Shown: positions 27,854 through 37,242 of the stretch, piece after piece
How positions within the stretch are numbered: position 1 is the first letter of the stretch
How the letters are laid out: the number at the start of each line of letters is the position of its first letter
DNA from: Candidatus Eiseniibacteriota bacterium
GTDB lineage: Bacteria; Eisenbacteria; RBG-16-71-46; SZUA-252
DNA: 54,862 bases
NCBI GenBank assembly: GCA_031370645.1
Contig: JANMQV010000047.1
Location: 1-54,862, forward strand
Direction of reading: 5' to 3'
The notes under the pieces: model-generated
Told to the model about the DNA's origin: nothing
The model's database searches: none
What the model saw: only the letters and a program-made list of their open reading frames with translations
Translations under genes and position numbers: made by a program

Positions 27854-28584
27854 TCGACGCGACCGGGCTCATCGCCCGCGACATGGAACGCTTCTACGGC
27901 CACTGGAAGGTGGTCGACAAGGTCACGGTTGAAGTGCAGCGCGGCGAAGTGGTCGGCCTCCTGGGTCCGAACGGCGCAGGGAAGACGACGAGCTTCTATC
28001 TGATCGTCGGTCTTCTCCGCTCCGACGGCGGCAAGATCACGGTGGACGGCCGCGACATCACGCGGTCGCCGATGCATCAGCGGGCGCGGCTCGGGATCGG
28101 CTACTTGCAGCAGGAGCCGTCGATCTTCAGGCGGCTCACGGTGCGGGAGAATATTCTCGCGATTCTCGAGACCCTGCCGCTCACGGGCGGGGAGCGCGCG
28201 AAGCGCCTCGCGGAGTTGCTCGAAGAATTGAACATCGCGCATCTCGCGGACCGAAAAGGGCAACACCTGTCGGGCGGCGAGCGCCGGCGCGTCGAGATCA
28301 CGAGAGCCTTGGTCACGCGGCCCGGGTACTTGCTCCTCGACGAGCCGTTCGTCGGGATCGACCCGCTCGCGGTGGCGGAAATTCAGGACATCATCGGGAG
28401 GCTTCGGGCGAAGGGGCTCGGCATTCTGATCACCGATCACAACGTGCGCGAAACGTTGAGCACGACCGACCGGGCCTACATCATGTTCGAAGGCCGCATT
28501 CTCCTCCAGGGGACGAGCCAGGAGTTGGCCCAGGATCCGGTCGCGCGACAAATCTATCTCGGAGAGCGTTTCCGGCTCGATTGA
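27850..28584 (+). CDS. lptB: LPS export ABC transporter ATP-binding protein
   Basis: GPNGAGKTT, GIGYLQQE, LSGGERRRVE, LLDEPF.GIDP, ITDHNVRET, YLGERF; GTGA overlap with lptC. Confidence 0.96.
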   Translation: MIDATGLIARDMERFYGHWKVVDKVTVEVQRGEVVGLLGPNGAGKTTSFYLIVGLLRSDGGKITVDGRDITRSPMHQRARLGIGYLQQEPSIFRRLTVRENILAILETLPLTGGERAKRLAELLEELNIAHLADRKGQHLSGGERRRVEITRALVTRPGYLLLDEPFVGIDPLAVAEIQDIIGRLRAKGLGILITDHNVRETLSTTDRAYIMFEGRILLQGTSQELAQDPVARQIYLGERFRLD

Positions 28585-28597
28585 GGACCCAGACAAC

Positions 28598-30040
28598 ATG
28601 GACATGAAACACGGTCTCTACCAGACGCAAAAGCAGACGCTCATCATCACGCAGCGTCTGCAGCAGGCGCTCAAGCTCCTGCAAATGCCGACGCTCGAGC
28701 TGCAGCAGGCGCTGAAGACGGAACTCGAGCGAAACCCGCTCCTCGAGGAGATCGACGAAATCGAGGAAGAGCGCGAGACCGAGGAAGCGAAGGAAGAGGC
28801 CGGCACCGCGGAAGGGACGACCGAGACGCCCGAAGTAGCGCCCAAGGACGACGATTCCGATCGCGAGGTGAATTGGGACGACTACTGGCCCGACACCTAC
28901 GACTCGCCGACGACCGCGCGCGTGGACGATCCGGACGCCGAGTTCTACGAACGCGTCCCGGTGACCGTGAAGAGCCTCGGCGACCATCTCATCGACCAGT
29001 TGCGCCTCACCGAGCGCTCCGAAGAGGAGATCGCCATCGGCGAGTACCTCATCGGGTCGATCGACGAGAACGGCTACCTCCAGACGACCGTCGACGAAGT
29101 GGCCGAGGCGACCGGGATGGCCCCGGAGCGAATCGAAGAGATCCTCGGCCACATCCAAGCCTTTGAGCCCCCCGGCGTGGGGTCGCGAAATCTCCAAGAG
29201 TGCCTCTGGATCCAGTTGGTCCAGCGAAAGATGGAGGAGACGCTCGCGGCGAGGATCGTGCAGGAGCAATTCGACAATCTCCTGAACCGCCGGTTCAGCG
29301 AGATCGCCCGCCACTTCAAAGTGCCGGTCGAAGCGGTGCAGACGGCCGGCGACCTCATCGCCACCCTCGATCCCCGCCCGGGGCAGGCCATCGCCGTGGA
29401 AGAGACGAAGTACGTGATCCCCGATCTCATCGTGGAGCGGGTCGGCGAAGATTACGTCGTGACGCTGAATGACCGAAATGTGCCGCGGCTCCGGATTTCC
29501 AGCGCCTACGCCGACACCATGCGGAAGAAGGAACCGGGGAACGAGGAGGCGCGCGCGTTCATCAAGGACAAGCTGAGCGCGGCCAAGTGGCTCATCGGGA
29601 CGATCGAGCAGCGCCGGAAGACGATGATCAAGGTGATGCGGCGAATCGTCGAGGAGCAGCGGGACTTCTTCGAGAAGGGCGTGCAGGGGATGCGTCCGCT
29701 CACGCTCCAACAGATCGCGAACCAGATCGGCATGCATGAGTCGACCGTGAGCCGCGTGACGACACAGAAGTACGTGCAAACACCGCGCGGCGTCTACGAA
29801 CTCAAGTATTTCTTCTCGAGCGGACTCCAGACCGAGGACGGAGACGACGTCTCGGCGAAGGCGGCGAAGGAGAAGATCCAGGCGCTCGTGGGCGAAGAGG
29901 ACAAGAAGGACCCGCTCAGCGATCAGCGCATCGCCGAGTTGTTGCAGGAGCAAGGACTGAAAATCGCGCGGCGCACCGTGGCCAAGTACCGGGAGGCGCT
30001 GCGCATCCTCCCGGCCCGAGCCCGTCGCCGCTACGCGTAG
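28598..30040 (+). CDS. rpoN: RNA polymerase sigma-54 factor
   Basis: LQQALKLLQ, NPLLE, HESTVSR, PLSD, RpoN box ARRTVAKYRE. Confidence 0.97.
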   Translation: MDMKHGLYQTQKQTLIITQRLQQALKLLQMPTLELQQALKTELERNPLLEEIDEIEEERETEEAKEEAGTAEGTTETPEVAPKDDDSDREVNWDDYWPDTYDSPTTARVDDPDAEFYERVPVTVKSLGDHLIDQLRLTERSEEEIAIGEYLIGSIDENGYLQTTVDEVAEATGMAPERIEEILGHIQAFEPPGVGSRNLQECLWIQLVQRKMEETLAARIVQEQFDNLLNRRFSEIARHFKVPVEAVQTAGDLIATLDPRPGQAIAVEETKYVIPDLIVERVGEDYVVTLNDRNVPRLRISSAYADTMRKKEPGNEEARAFIKDKLSAAKWLIGTIEQRRKTMIKVMRRIVEEQRDFFEKGVQGMRPLTLQQIANQIGMHESTVSRVTTQKYVQTPRGVYELKYFFSSGLQTEDGDDVSAKAAKEKIQALVGEEDKKDPLSDQRIAELLQEQGLKIARRTVAKYREALRILPARARRRYA

Positions 30041-30065
30041 CCCCCACACCGGTCGTGGAGAACTC

Positions 30066-30617
30066 ATGGACCTGACGATCAAGGGCCGCCACTGGACACC
30101 GAGCGCGGCCTTCAAGAGCTTCGCCGCGGAACGCGTCCAGAAGCTCGCCCGTTTCTACCCGCATCTGATCCGGGCGGAGCTGACGGTCACGCGCGAGGGA
30201 TACCGCCATCACGCGGAGCTTCGACTGCACGGAAACGAGATCGCGCTCCTGACGAAGGGGGAAGACACCGATCCCCGCGCGGCGGTTGACGCGGCGCTCG
30301 ACAAGTCGGAGCGCGCACTCCAACGGAAGACGGACCGGTTGAAGGACCGGAAGAAGCGCGGCACCGCCCGAACGGGGAGTGCCAAGGCGGCGCGCGCGGC
30401 TGAAGAGATGGAGATGCCGACGACGCTTCCGGGGCTCCGAAGCACGGTGCAGGTCGTGAGAGAGACCGCGAAGGCACCCGCCATGACCGCCGAAGCGGCG
30501 GCGAAGCGGCTCCTCAAGGGATCGAAGCCGTTCCTCCTCTTCACGGAGCCGGGCGCCGGCGTGCGCGTTGCCTATCGCCGCGGCGATCGCGAGGTGGGAG
30601 TCCTTGAGCTCGACTAA
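30066..30617 (+). CDS. hpf: Ribosome hibernation promoting factor, long form (RaiA/HPF)
   Basis: N-terminal S30EA-like domain plus C-terminal MTAEAA...FLLF...VAYRRGD..GVLE; directly after rpoN. Confidence 0.85.
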   Translation: MDLTIKGRHWTPSAAFKSFAAERVQKLARFYPHLIRAELTVTREGYRHHAELRLHGNEIALLTKGEDTDPRAAVDAALDKSERALQRKTDRLKDRKKRGTARTGSAKAARAAEEMEMPTTLPGLRSTVQVVRETAKAPAMTAEAAAKRLLKGSKPFLLFTEPGAGVRVAYRRGDREVGVLELD

Positions 30618-31587
30618 GCCGCAGACGCTCACCGTCGAGCAGCTCTACGAGCAGCAGCGGGAGCAGCTCGCGCTGGAACTCCTCTCCGCGAGCGCGGCGT
30701 CAACCGTACCGGTCACGCTGAGCGACATCCATCGCCCGGGGATGGCCCTCATGGGCTTCACCGAGAACTTCCTCGCGGATCGCATCCAGATCTTCGGCCG
30801 CACCGAGCTCGCCTATCTCTCGACCCTGAGCGAGAAGGAGCGCGAGGCGGCGCTCGAGCGCTTCTTCCGATTTCAAATGCCCTGCATCATCGTCGCGAAA
30901 GGCCTGGAAATCCCGCGGGGATTTCTGGACCGCGCGAACGCGCACACCATACCGGTTTTCCGGACGCCGCACGACACGACGCCCTTCATTCACCAACTGA
31001 CGGCCTACCTCGACTACGTCTTCGCCCCTTCGGTCACGGCGCATGCGTCGCTCGTTGACGTCTATGGCGTCGGACTCCTCTTCACGGGTCGAAGCGGCAT
31101 CGGGAAGAGCGAGACGGCGCTCGACTTGGTGGAACGCGGCCATCGCCTCGTCGCCGACGACGTGGTGCGGATCACGCGCCGCCACGGGGACATACTGATC
31201 GGGGCGTGCAACGAAGTGCTGAAGCACACGATGGAGATCCGCGGCCTCGGGATCATCGACGTTCAGTCGATTTTCGGGATCCGGTCGATCCGTGGACAAA
31301 AACGCGTGGAGGTGGAGGTTCACCTGACGGAGTGGAGCGAGGCGCGCGACTACGAACGCGTCGGGCTCGACGATGCCACGGTGAAGCACCTCGAAGTCGC
31401 GATCCCCCTGGTGACAATTCCCATCTTTCCGGGCAAGAACATCACGGTCATCGCGGAAGTCGTGGCGTTGAACCACCTGGTGAAGGTCTACGGCTACCAT
31501 CCGGCGCGCGCGCTGAACGAGCGGCTGATGGAGACCATGCGGATGAAGCTCCTCTCGAACCCGCTCGTGCGGGACGACACGGAGTAG
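30604..31587 (+). CDS. hprK: HPr(Ser) kinase/phosphorylase
   Basis: HRPGMAL.GF, GRSGIGKSE, GHRLVADD, MEIRGLGIIDV, PGKN; TTG start after GGGAG. Confidence 0.96.
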   Translation: MSSTKPQTLTVEQLYEQQREQLALELLSASAASTVPVTLSDIHRPGMALMGFTENFLADRIQIFGRTELAYLSTLSEKEREAALERFFRFQMPCIIVAKGLEIPRGFLDRANAHTIPVFRTPHDTTPFIHQLTAYLDYVFAPSVTAHASLVDVYGVGLLFTGRSGIGKSETALDLVERGHRLVADDVVRITRRHGDILIGACNEVLKHTMEIRGLGIIDVQSIFGIRSIRGQKRVEVEVHLTEWSEARDYERVGLDDATVKHLEVAIPLVTIPIFPGKNITVIAEVVALNHLVKVYGYHPARALNERLMETMRMKLLSNPLVRDDTE

Positions 31588-31592
31588 CGATC

Positions 31593-31985
31593 GTGAGCGA
31601 TCTCCGTCCGGCGGCCGTGCTCGTCACGCACGGCGTCCTCGGCACGGAGCTGGTGCGCACGGTCGAGCGAATCCTCGGCCCGCAGAGCGACGTCGTCGTC
31701 GTCAGTAACGAGGGCCTCTCCGCCGACGGGCTCGTGAACGCACTTGAGGCGGCGATCGATTCGCTCGCAACGGGGCAGCCGGCCGTCGTCTTCAGCGATC
31801 TCGCGGCCGGGTCGTGCGGGCTCGCCGCGAGGCGCGCCGGCGCTTCGGGCCGGGTCGTGCGGCGCATCACGGGCGCCAACCTTCCGATGCTCCTCGAGTT
31901 CTTCCATTATCGTGGCGCCGTCCCGCTCGACGATCTCTTGCCGCGGATGGAGACGAAGGGGCGCGCGGGAATCGTCTCTTCCTGA
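31593..31985 (+). CDS. PTS mannose/fructose/sorbose-family IIA component
   Basis: VLVTHG (phospho-His), DLAAGSC, GANLPML. Confidence 0.88.
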   Translation: MSDLRPAAVLVTHGVLGTELVRTVERILGPQSDVVVVSNEGLSADGLVNALEAAIDSLATGQPAVVFSDLAAGSCGLAARRAGASGRVVRRITGANLPMLLEFFHYRGAVPLDDLLPRMETKGRAGIVSS

Positions 31986-31986
31986 C

Positions 31987-32469
31987 GTGCCGATCCTCCT
32001 GGCCCGCGTCGACGACCGCCTGATCCACGGCCAGGTCGTCCACGGCTGGGGCCGTCCGCTCGACGCGACCCTATTCGCCATCGTCTCCGACGAACTCCGA
32101 GCCGACGCCGAGCGCTCCGAGCTCTACCTCTTCGCCGTCCCGGAAGGCGCGCGAGGCGTCGTGATCTCGGAAGCGGAGGCGCTTTCGCCGGTGTTCCTCG
32201 GTGACGCCGCTTCGGAGCGGACGATCCTCCTCTTCCTCGATCTCGCTTCGCCGCTTCGCTTGGCGGAGAGCGGCTTCCCTCTCGAAGCGCTGAACATCGG
32301 CGGACTCCACCATGCGGCGGGGAAGCACGAGGTGCTCCCGTACGTCTTCCTGGACGGCGCCGATCGCGACCGGCTCCGAGCCCTCGCGGCGCGCGGAGTC
32401 CGTGTCGCGGCACGGGACCTTCCCGGAAACGCGGAACACGGCCTTGACGAACTGGTGGGAGCGGCGTGA
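31987..32469 (+). CDS. PTS mannose/sorbose-family IIB component
   Basis: RVDDRLIHGQV..W (phospho-His), LNIGG. Confidence 0.92.
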   Translation: MPILLARVDDRLIHGQVVHGWGRPLDATLFAIVSDELRADAERSELYLFAVPEGARGVVISEAEALSPVFLGDAASERTILLFLDLASPLRLAESGFPLEALNIGGLHHAAGKHEVLPYVFLDGADRDRLRALAARGVRVAARDLPGNAEHGLDELVGAA

Positions 32470-33221
32470 TCGCCGACTTTCTCCGCATCGCGTTCCTGGG
32501 CGGCATGCTCTCCGTCGATCGCGCGGCGGGGTGGAATCTCATGCTGAGCCAGCCGCTCGTGGCCGCCTGCCTCGCCGGCGCGCTCGTGCATCCGAATCCC
32601 GAGTGGGAACTCTGGGCGCTTCGCATCCCGATCGCGGTCGGCGCGCTGCTCCAGCTCCTCCTGACGAACCCGGCGCTCCCCGCCGCGCAGAAGCCGCATG
32701 ACACCGCGACGGCCGGTGTCGTGGGGAGCACCGTCGCGGTCCTCGGCATGGCGCATCTCCACGCGTCGATCCCGGCCTCCTCCGCGGGTCTTCTCTGGGT
32801 CCTCCTCGGCGTCCTCGCCGGGTTGATCGCCGCGGTGCTCGGCGGGTGGGTGCAGGGACTGAATCGCGCGGCGGCGGGGGCCGACTCCCGCCGCGCGGTG
32901 GCGCTCGCCGCGGAGGGGGACGCCGCGGGGTACGAGCGGCTCTACCTCGGATCGCTCGTTCGAATCTTCATGCTCGGAGCTCTCTGGTCGTGGTGCGGCG
33001 CGCTCGTGCTCCTCGCCGTGGCCATGGCGATTCTCCCGCGCCTCGCCGATCTGATCACCGTGAGGCGGATCGGCTTCACGTTCGCCGCGCTCCTCGGTGG
33101 GGCGTTCGCCGCCGCCTACGAGACGCACGTGCGAGGCGTGAAGGGGGGCGTCCGTTGGACCGCCGCCGGCGCCGCCGCCGCTGCGGCACTCCTTCTCACG
33201 CTCGCGACGGAGGGCGCATGA
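32466..33221 (+). CDS. PTS mannose-family IIC component (divergent)
   Basis: Polytopic; SQPLVA, GALLQLL....P....P.D pattern; between IIB and IID. Confidence 0.75.
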   Translation: MIADFLRIAFLGGMLSVDRAAGWNLMLSQPLVAACLAGALVHPNPEWELWALRIPIAVGALLQLLLTNPALPAAQKPHDTATAGVVGSTVAVLGMAHLHASIPASSAGLLWVLLGVLAGLIAAVLGGWVQGLNRAAAGADSRRAVALAAEGDAAGYERLYLGSLVRIFMLGALWSWCGALVLLAVAMAILPRLADLITVRRIGFTFAALLGGAFAAAYETHVRGVKGGVRWTAAGAAAAAALLLTLATEGA

Positions 33222-34111
33222 TCGACGACGGTCAGTCGACGCCCGACGCGCCGGCACGGTCGCCCGACGCGCCGGCACGGTCGCCCGACGCGCCGGCTCC
33301 GCCGCGTTTGCTCCGCGCGCGCGATCTCGGCGCCGCGGCGTCGCGCCTGCTCCACCTCCAGGCCCTTCTCACGCCCGAGCGCATGCAGGGCCCGGGTTTC
33401 GCCTTCGCGATGATTCCCGTCCTTCGACGGCTCTATCCCGACCGCGCTCGATTCGCGGAGGCCATGACGAGGCACACGGCCTACGTCGCCACGCATCCGG
33501 TCTTCTCCGGCTATGTGCTCGGCGCCGCGGCGCGGCTCGAGGCGAAGCGGGCAGCGGGCGATCCGATCGACGGCGTCCGCATCGACGCGATGAAGCGCGC
33601 GCTCGCGAGTCCGCTCGCGGCGATCGGAGATCCCTTCTTCTGGGTCGTGCTCCGACCGCTCGCGGGGCTCATCGCCGTGCTCGGCATTGCGCTCTTCGGG
33701 GCGGCCGATCCGTACGAGCCCGACCTGCGGGTCCTTCTCTGCCCGCTCCTCCTTCTTTTGACGTACAATGCCGTCGCTTTGCCGACGCGGTGGCGCGGTG
33801 TTGGAGCGGGATACGCGGCGGCCGAGTCGCCGTCGAGCCTGCTTCACGCGCTCCGTTTCGCCGAGTGGCGCGAGATCTTCGAGCGAGGCGGGGCGTTTCT
33901 CTACGGGGCCCTCGTGGCGCTCCTTGCGGCCGGTCTTCACGCGGCCACGTCGGCCGGCGGCTCAGGCGTCGGGGCATTCGGCGCCGCGCTCTTGCCGCTC
34001 GCGCTCGGATTCACGGCGGCGCGCCTGTTGTTGCGGCGAGGCGCCGCCGCGACCGTCGAAACCGCGCTCACCGTTCTGACGCTCGCGACGCTCGTGTCGC
34101 TGGCGTTCTGA
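33218..34111 (+). CDS. PTS mannose-family IID component
   Basis: LQ....ERMQGPGFAFAMIPVLRRLY, RH...ATHP, PLAAIGDPFFW..LRP. Confidence 0.9.
   Translation: MIDDGQSTPDAPARSPDAPARSPDAPAPPRLLRARDLGAAASRLLHLQALLTPERMQGPGFAFAMIPVLRRLYPDRARFAEAMTRHTAYVATHPVFSGYVLGAAARLEAKRAAGDPIDGVRIDAMKRALASPLAAIGDPFFWVVLRPLAGLIAVLGIALFGAADPYEPDLRVLLCPLLLLLTYNAVALPTRWRGVGAGYAAAESPSSLLHALRFAEWREIFERGGAFLYGALVALLAAGLHAATSAGGSGVGAFGAALLPLALGFTAARLLLRRGAAATVETALTVLTLATLVSLAF
33240..33297 (+). repeat. 21-bp in-frame tandem repeat (2 full + 1 partial copy) at the IID N-terminus
   Basis: CGCCCGACGCGCCGGCACGGT x2 then CGCCCGACGCGCCGGC; encodes PDAPARS PDAPARS PDAPA. Confidence 0.92.
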
Positions 34112-34142
34112 GCGTCGTCGCTCCGAACCTCGGAACCCATCC

Positions 34143-34409
34143 ATGGTCGAACAGCAGGTCGTCATCCAAAATCGTCTCGGGCTTCACGCCCGCGCCTGCT
34201 CCGTCTTCGTGAAGGAGGCGGCGAAGTACGCATCGCATATCACGCTCGCGCGCGACGAACTGGAAGTGAACGGTAAGAGCATCCTTGGGGTCATGATGCT
34301 GGCGGCGGAACGAGGTGCGGAGCTCCTGCTCCGGGCTGAAGGCGCCGATGAGACCCAGGCTCTCGCGGCCCTCGTTCAGGTCGTGAACGACAAGTTCGGG
34401 GAAGAATGA
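34143..34409 (+). CDS. ptsH: Phosphocarrier protein HPr
   Basis: GLHAR (His15) and NGKSILGVM (regulatory Ser). Confidence 0.96.
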   Translation: MVEQQVVIQNRLGLHARACSVFVKEAAKYASHITLARDELEVNGKSILGVMMLAAERGAELLLRAEGADETQALAALVQVVNDKFGEE

Positions 34410-36151
34410 CCACCTTCACCGGTATCGCCGCCTCGCCCGGCATCGGCATCGGGCCCGTCCACGTGGTGGACGCCCATGAGGTCGACGTCCACGACGGCGC
34501 CATCGCCCCCGGCGCGGTCGCCGCGGAGCAGTCGCGCTTTCGCGACGCGATCGCCGCCTGCCGCGAGGACGTGCGCGGACTTCGCGAGAAGATCGCCATC
34601 GAAACGGGCGAAGAGCACGCGCGCATCCTCGATACGCAGATCGCCATCCTGGAAGACCCGGACGCCATGGACCAGACGCTCGCGGCCATCGCTCGCGAGG
34701 GGAGAAGTGCCGCGTTTTGCTACCGGCGCATCTTGAGCGATGTCGCCTCTCGCCTCGAGGAGGCCGACGACGAGTACTATCGCGGCCGTGCGCTCGACAT
34801 TCGCGACGTGAAGCGGCGCGTGCTCGACCAATTGGGGGGCACGCGGTCGCGAAGCCTTCGAGATCTGAAGACGCCCTCCCTCATCGTGGCCTCGGATCTT
34901 CCGCCGAGCGAGATGGCGACGGCGCCGCGCGACAAGATTCTCGGATTCATCACCGACTTGGGCGGCCGCACTTCCCACACGGCGATCATGGCGCGCGCCC
35001 GCGGCATTCCCGCGGTGGTGGGACTCAAGAACGCGATGAGCGCCGCGCGCGAGGGAGCGACCGCGCTCGTCGACGGCACGCGCGGCATCGCGATCTTCGA
35101 TCCCGATCCCGAGGCGCTGGAGGAACACCGGCGGAAGCAGCGCCGCTACGCGGAGATCGCGGCACAACGCGGCGTCCTCCGCGACCAGCGCTGCGTCACG
35201 AAAGACGGCGTGGCCATCCATCTCGCCGCCAATCTGGAAGTGCCGGAAGAGCTCCCGGGAATCCAGGAAAACGGCGCGGATGGAATCGGTCTCTACCGGA
35301 CCGAGTTCTTCTACATGTCGCGCCACACGCTCCCGACGGAGGAGGCGCAATTCAACGCGTACCGGTCCGTCGTGGAGGCGATGAACCCGAAGACGGTTGT
35401 CATCCGGACGCTCGATGTCGGAGGCGACAAGTTCGCCTCGTATCTCGGCACCCCGGTGGAGCGAAATCCGTTCCTCGGTGTTCGCGGCATCCGCTTCTCG
35501 CTGAAGCGGGAGGACATCTTCCGGACGCAGCTCCGCGCCATTCTTCGCGCGGCCGCGTTCGGGAACGTGAAGGTCATGTTCCCGATGGTGATCGGTCTCG
35601 AGGACTTCCGGCGCGCCCAGACGATCGTCGAGGAGGTCCACGCGGAACTCCGAGCGGCCGGCGTGGAGACGCCGGAACACGTGCCGCTCGGCGTCATGAT
35701 CGAAACACCGGCGTCGGTCTTCGCGATCGATCTTCTGGCGCGAGAGGCCGACTTCGTCAGCATCGGAACGAATGACCTCATTCAATACACACTCGCGGTC
35801 GACCGCGGCAACGAATTGATCGCGGAGATCTACGAGCCGCTCCACCCGGCCGTCCTTCGCGCGATTCGCGCGGTGGTGGAGGCGGGTCAGCGCCACGGAA
35901 TCCGCGTCGGCATTTGCGGAGAGATGGCGGGCGAGCCGCTCTACGCGGTCCTTCTCGTCGGTCTCGGCGTCCTGGATCTGAGCGTCAGCCCCTACCTGGT
36001 CCCGGAGATCAAGACGATCCTCCACGCCTGCGATTCGAACGAGGCGGCGAAACTCGTGAAGGAATGCCTCGCCCTCGGCACGCCGGCCGAAGTGCGGGCG
36101 GTCGTCACCGAGTACATGCACCGCCGATTCCCGGAGCACTTTCTCGCATGA
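34406..36151 (+). CDS. ptsI: PEP-protein phosphotransferase (PTS enzyme I, no GAF domain)
   Basis: GIAASPGIGIG, GGRTSHTAIMAR, GIGLYRTEF, RTLDVGGDK, NPFLGVRGIR, SIGTNDLIQY, CGEMAG. Confidence 0.96.
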   Translation: MTTFTGIAASPGIGIGPVHVVDAHEVDVHDGAIAPGAVAAEQSRFRDAIAACREDVRGLREKIAIETGEEHARILDTQIAILEDPDAMDQTLAAIAREGRSAAFCYRRILSDVASRLEEADDEYYRGRALDIRDVKRRVLDQLGGTRSRSLRDLKTPSLIVASDLPPSEMATAPRDKILGFITDLGGRTSHTAIMARARGIPAVVGLKNAMSAAREGATALVDGTRGIAIFDPDPEALEEHRRKQRRYAEIAAQRGVLRDQRCVTKDGVAIHLAANLEVPEELPGIQENGADGIGLYRTEFFYMSRHTLPTEEAQFNAYRSVVEAMNPKTVVIRTLDVGGDKFASYLGTPVERNPFLGVRGIRFSLKREDIFRTQLRAILRAAAFGNVKVMFPMVIGLEDFRRAQTIVEEVHAELRAAGVETPEHVPLGVMIETPASVFAIDLLAREADFVSIGTNDLIQYTLAVDRGNELIAEIYEPLHPAVLRAIRAVVEAGQRHGIRVGICGEMAGEPLYAVLLVGLGVLDLSVSPYLVPEIKTILHACDSNEAAKLVKECLALGTPAEVRAVVTEYMHRRFPEHFLA

Positions 36152-37242
36152 GCCCCGCACGCCGATCGAAGCCCAAGCGTCCGGCCGTCGAGAGCCGCGC
36201 CGCCCTCATCGCGCGTCTCGATCCCTCGGGGATGGGGGAGCGGATCGAGGGGCTGGCGAATCAACTCCGCCAGGGTGGCGCGCTCGCTTCGCCGCTCTTC
36301 GCGAAGGTGGCGCCGGAGCGCCCGCGTCGAATCGTTCTTTGCGGCATGGGTGGGTCGGCCATCGCGGGGGAGCTCCTCGCGTCGTTGATCGATCGGGAAG
36401 GTGTGGCGCCGATGCATGTCGTTCGGCACTACGAGCCGCCCGCGTGGGTCTCACCCGACGATTTCCTCATTTTTTCGTCCTACTCGGGGGAGACCGAGGA
36501 GACGCTCGCGGCGTATCGCGCCCTTCGCCCGCTTCATGCGCGCGCTTGCGTCCTCACGACGGGCGGGACGCTCGCGACGCGGGCGGAGGCCGACGGCATT
36601 CCGATCGCGCGCCTTCCCGGAGGGCACCCGCCGCGTGCCGCCCTCGGCTATTCATTCTCGACGCTGGCCCATCTCGCGGAGCATCTCGGAGTTCTCGTGC
36701 ATGGCGGGCGGCGCGTCCTCGCGGCGGCCGACGCCGTGGATCGGGTGGCCGCCTCCTGTGGACGAATCGTGGCCCCGGCGCGGAATCCGGCGAACAGACT
36801 CGCCACACGCTTGGCGGGGAGGGCGATCCTCCTCGTGGCGAGCGCTCGCACGCTCGGTCCAGCCGCGGTCCGGTGGAAGGGGCAGATGAACGAAAACGCC
36901 AAGCACCTCGCGTGGGTGTCGCCGTTGCCGGAGTCGAATCACAACGAAGTCGACGGCTTCGTCCACCCGCGACCCTTCCTCGACGGTCTGGCGGCGGTTT
37001 TCCTTCGCGACCCGCAAGACCATCCGCGCATCGTCCGCCGCTTCGAGTGGCTCGGGAAGTACCTCCGAAAGAAAGGCGTCACCGTGGAAACTGTTTCCCC
37101 GAAGGGGGATGACGCCATGGAGCGCGTCCTTTCGTGCGTGGCGATGGGGGATTTCGTGAGCTACTACCTCGCCCTTCGAAACGGGATGGATCCGAGCGCG
37201 CTTCCGGGGGTCGAATCGCTGAAGAAGGCGCTGCAAGCGTGA
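36148..37242 (+). CDS. Bifunctional phosphoglucose/phosphomannose isomerase (SIS, PGI/PMI type)
   Basis: GMGGS, SYSGETEET, PRAALG, WKGQMNENAK, PESNHNE. Confidence 0.9.
   Translation: MSPARRSKPKRPAVESRAALIARLDPSGMGERIEGLANQLRQGGALASPLFAKVAPERPRRIVLCGMGGSAIAGELLASLIDREGVAPMHVVRHYEPPAWVSPDDFLIFSSYSGETEETLAAYRALRPLHARACVLTTGGTLATRAEADGIPIARLPGGHPPRAALGYSFSTLAHLAEHLGVLVHGGRRVLAAADAVDRVAASCGRIVAPARNPANRLATRLAGRAILLVASARTLGPAAVRWKGQMNENAKHLAWVSPLPESNHNEVDGFVHPRPFLDGLAAVFLRDPQDHPRIVRRFEWLGKYLRKKGVTVETVSPKGDDAMERVLSCVAMGDFVSYYLALRNGMDPSALPGVESLKKALQA

Noticed and set aside
16843..33297. 15-bp and 21-bp tandem repeats as CRISPR-like arrays
   Set aside because: No spacers, in-frame within CDSs, no cas genes
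28598..36151. Sigma54 -24/-12 promoter near rpoN or the PTS genes
   Set aside because: No TGGCAC-N5-TTGC-like match seen in the short intergenic gaps; TGGCAC hits elsewhere lie in coding sequence without the -12 element
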